This document shows, one piece after another, positions 30,424 to 32,000 of a stretch of DNA of 32,000 nucleotides. The stretch is taken from assembly GCA_026387835.1 (NCBI GenBank), contig JAPLKZ010000010.1, forward strand, positions 266,379 to 298,378. The letters run 5' to 3'. Source of the DNA: Candidatus Saganbacteria bacterium. GTDB lineage: Bacteria; Margulisbacteria; WOR-1; JAKLHX01. The notes under the pieces were generated by a model. That model saw only the letters and a list, made by a program, of their open reading frames with translations, had not been told where the DNA came from and did not search any database. Every line of letters begins with the position of its first letter. The first letter of the stretch is position 1. Made by a program: the position numbers and the translations under genes.

Positions 30424-31686
30424 ATGAAAATCTTAGCTCTCAACTGCGGAAGCTCCTCCGTAAAATACCAGCTCTACGATTGGACCCAGAAAAAGGTAAT
30501 TTGTAAGGGGATGGCCGACCGCGTCGGACTTCCCTCGGGTTCACTATGTCACGAAGTGCCCGGGAAGCCGGACCTGGTCCTTGAAAAGGATTGCCCAAAC
30601 CATTGCGTTGCGATCGACCAGATACTTAAAGTGCTTGTTGATCCCGGTTACGGCATGATCGCGGATATAAAAGAGATATCCGCCGTGGGCCACAGGGTAG
30701 TGCACGGCGGGGAAAAATTCCAGCGCTCGGTAAAGATAGATGATGACGTGCTCGCGGCAATAAAAGAAGTCAAGGACCTTGCCCCGCTGCATAACCCTCC
30801 CAACATCGAGGGGATTGAAGCCGCAATGAAAGTCCTTCCGGAAGTCCCCCATGTAGCTGTATTTGATACCGCATTTCACCAGACAATGCCGCCGGAAGCA
30901 TATCTGTATGCCGTGCCTTTTGAATGGTACAAGATGTATGGCGTAAGGAAATACGGATTTCACGGCACTTCCCATCTTTATGTCTCAAAAAGGGCCGCGG
31001 TACTTTTGAAGAAGAAGCCCACGGAAACAAATGTAATAACTCTTCATATAGGCAACGGGGTCAGTGTAGCGGCTATTAAAAACGGTGTCTCGATCGACAC
31101 ATCAATGGGACTGACTCCTCTTGCCGGCGCGATAATGGGGACCCGGAGCGGCGATCTTGATCCTGCGATCGTCATTTTTATGATCGAGAAAGAAGGTTTC
31201 TACGCGAAAGAGCTTGATAAAATTCTTAACAACAAAAGCGGCTTGCTGGGTATAACCGGCAAATACTCGGACAGACGCGAGATCGAAAAAGCTTCCGCCG
31301 CAGGCGATGAAAGGTGCCGGATGGCAATAGACATGGAAGCTTACAGGCTCAAAAAGATAATCGGTTCATACATCGCTTCGATAGGACAGGTAGACGCCAT
31401 CGTATTTACCGCGGGCGCAGGCGAGATGGACGCAAATCTCAGGGCCCGGACGCTGGCAGGGCTGGAATCTTTGGGGATTAAATTCGATCCCGTCAAAAAC
31501 GGGAACGCAAAGACCCACGGGGTCGAATCCGTAATATCGGCTGACGATTCAAAGATAAAGATCTTTGTTATTCCGACCAATGAAGAGCAGGTGTTCATCG
31601 AGGACGTGGTCGCGATCATTGAAGGCAGGTACGACATTCACACAAAGTTCACCTATTCTTTCCAAAGCGAGGATTACAAAATATGA
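30424..31686 (+). CDS. ackA: Acetate kinase
   Basis: MKILALNCGSSSVKYQLYD N-terminus, GHRVVHGG, FDTAFHQTMP, and YGFHGTSH motifs. The ORF-track start at 30322 would add 34 residues encoded antisense to the pyrB 5' end. ATG 30424 is preceded by AAGGAAG. Confidence 0.92.
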   Translation: MKILALNCGSSSVKYQLYDWTQKKVICKGMADRVGLPSGSLCHEVPGKPDLVLEKDCPNHCVAIDQILKVLVDPGYGMIADIKEISAVGHRVVHGGEKFQRSVKIDDDVLAAIKEVKDLAPLHNPPNIEGIEAAMKVLPEVPHVAVFDTAFHQTMPPEAYLYAVPFEWYKMYGVRKYGFHGTSHLYVSKRAAVLLKKKPTETNVITLHIGNGVSVAAIKNGVSIDTSMGLTPLAGAIMGTRSGDLDPAIVIFMIEKEGFYAKELDKILNNKSGLLGITGKYSDRREIEKASAAGDERCRMAIDMEAYRLKKIIGSYIASIGQVDAIVFTAGAGEMDANLRARTLAGLESLGIKFDPVKNGNAKTHGVESVISADDSKIKIFVIPTNEEQVFIEDVVAIIEGRYDIHTKFTYSFQSEDYKI

Positions 31687-32000
31687 GGGTGATCATAACA
31701 AAAGATTACGATGAGATGAGCAGAAAAGCCGCGGAATTCATCGTAAAGGAACTGAAAAATAAACCGGACTCGATATTGTGCCTTGCGACCGGGACCACAC
31801 CTGTCAGCACATATAAGGAACTTGTCCGCCTTTATAAAGATAAGAAAGTCGATTTTTCAAAGGTCTCGACATTCAATCTTGACGAGTATTACGGGCTTGC
31901 CGACGACCATCCGCAGAGCTATCACTATTTCATGAACGAACATCTTTTCAGGCATATCAACCTTAAAAAAAGCAACTCGATGATACCCGACGGAAAAGTC
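31683..32000 (+). CDS. nagB: Glucosamine-6-phosphate deaminase NagB; the N-terminal 106 codons are present and the gene continues past the window end
   Basis: Manual translation gives MRVIITKDYDEMSRKAAEFIVKELKNKPDSILCLATGTTPVSTYKELVRLYKDKKVDFSKVSTFNLDEYYGL. The motifs LATGxTP and FNLDEY are diagnostic. ATGA overlap with the ackA stop. Not in the ORF track because no stop lies inside the window. Confidence 0.85.
   Translation, partial: MRVIITKDYDEMSRKAAEFIVKELKNKPDSILCLATGTTPVSTYKELVRLYKDKKVDFSKVSTFNLDEYYGLADDHPQSYHYFMNEHLFRHINLKKSNSMIPDGKV

Noticed and set aside
1-32000. Searched by eye for CRISPR repeats, tRNA or rRNA genes, transposase or integrase genes, riboswitches upstream of ribD, pyrB and carA, and known defence-system genes
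   Set aside because: I found no regularly spaced repeats, no cloverleaf-compatible intergenic segments (the intergenic regions are short), and no recombinase-like ORFs. ribD has no upstream leader. A covariance-model scan (tRNAscan-SE, Infernal/Rfam) would be needed for certainty.

Overview
32-kb chromosomal segment, apparently from a diderm bacterium, since it carries Omp85/BamA-type and TamB-type outer-membrane biogenesis genes. The taxon cannot be assigned from the sequence alone. All calls rest on manual reading of the sequence and on motif-level recognition of protein families; no searches were run.

I call 29 protein-coding genes. Two are cut by the window edges, and one of those (1-816, minus strand) is missing from the supplied ORF track. 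I saw no rRNA, tRNA, CRISPR array, transposase or integrase.

Most of the content is housekeeping:
- a CheY-like response regulator plus histidine kinase
- a CaCA-like membrane transporter
- a ROK-family kinase
- parB-parA-rsmG
- bamA-like plus tamB
- ruvB, an SLT-domain transglycosylase, and pcrA
- galT-tlyA
- an FGGY sugar kinase
- a tightly overlapped plus-strand operon: carA, pseudokinase, PASTA protein, rpe, ribD, UbiA-type prenyltransferase
- pyrB, ackA, and the start of nagB

The non-routine signals are:
1. Six copies of one bipartite promoter-like motif, A[G/C]TGAAAT-N16-CGA[T/A]A. Its geometry matches the sigma-28/FliA-SigD class, and it is also ECF-like. It sits upstream of an accessory-looking gene set: a secreted protein, two sugar kinases, a small-ORF pair and an FGE-sulfatase-like gene.
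2. A contrasting set of TGnTATAAT-type -10 elements placed only 6-10 nt from the start codons of housekeeping genes with no Shine-Dalgarno, implying leaderless or near-leaderless mRNAs.
3. A diverged 34-nt direct repeat of the pyrB 3' coding end that brackets a roughly 0.77-kb single-gene insert.
4. A PrkC/PknB-like module split into a catalytically dead kinase-like protein and a separate membrane PASTA protein, next to rpe.
5. A self-contained two-small-ORF module with tandem promoters and its own terminator.

No recognisable complete defence, secretion or mobile system is present. The novelty claims above are hypotheses that need experiments or database searches.
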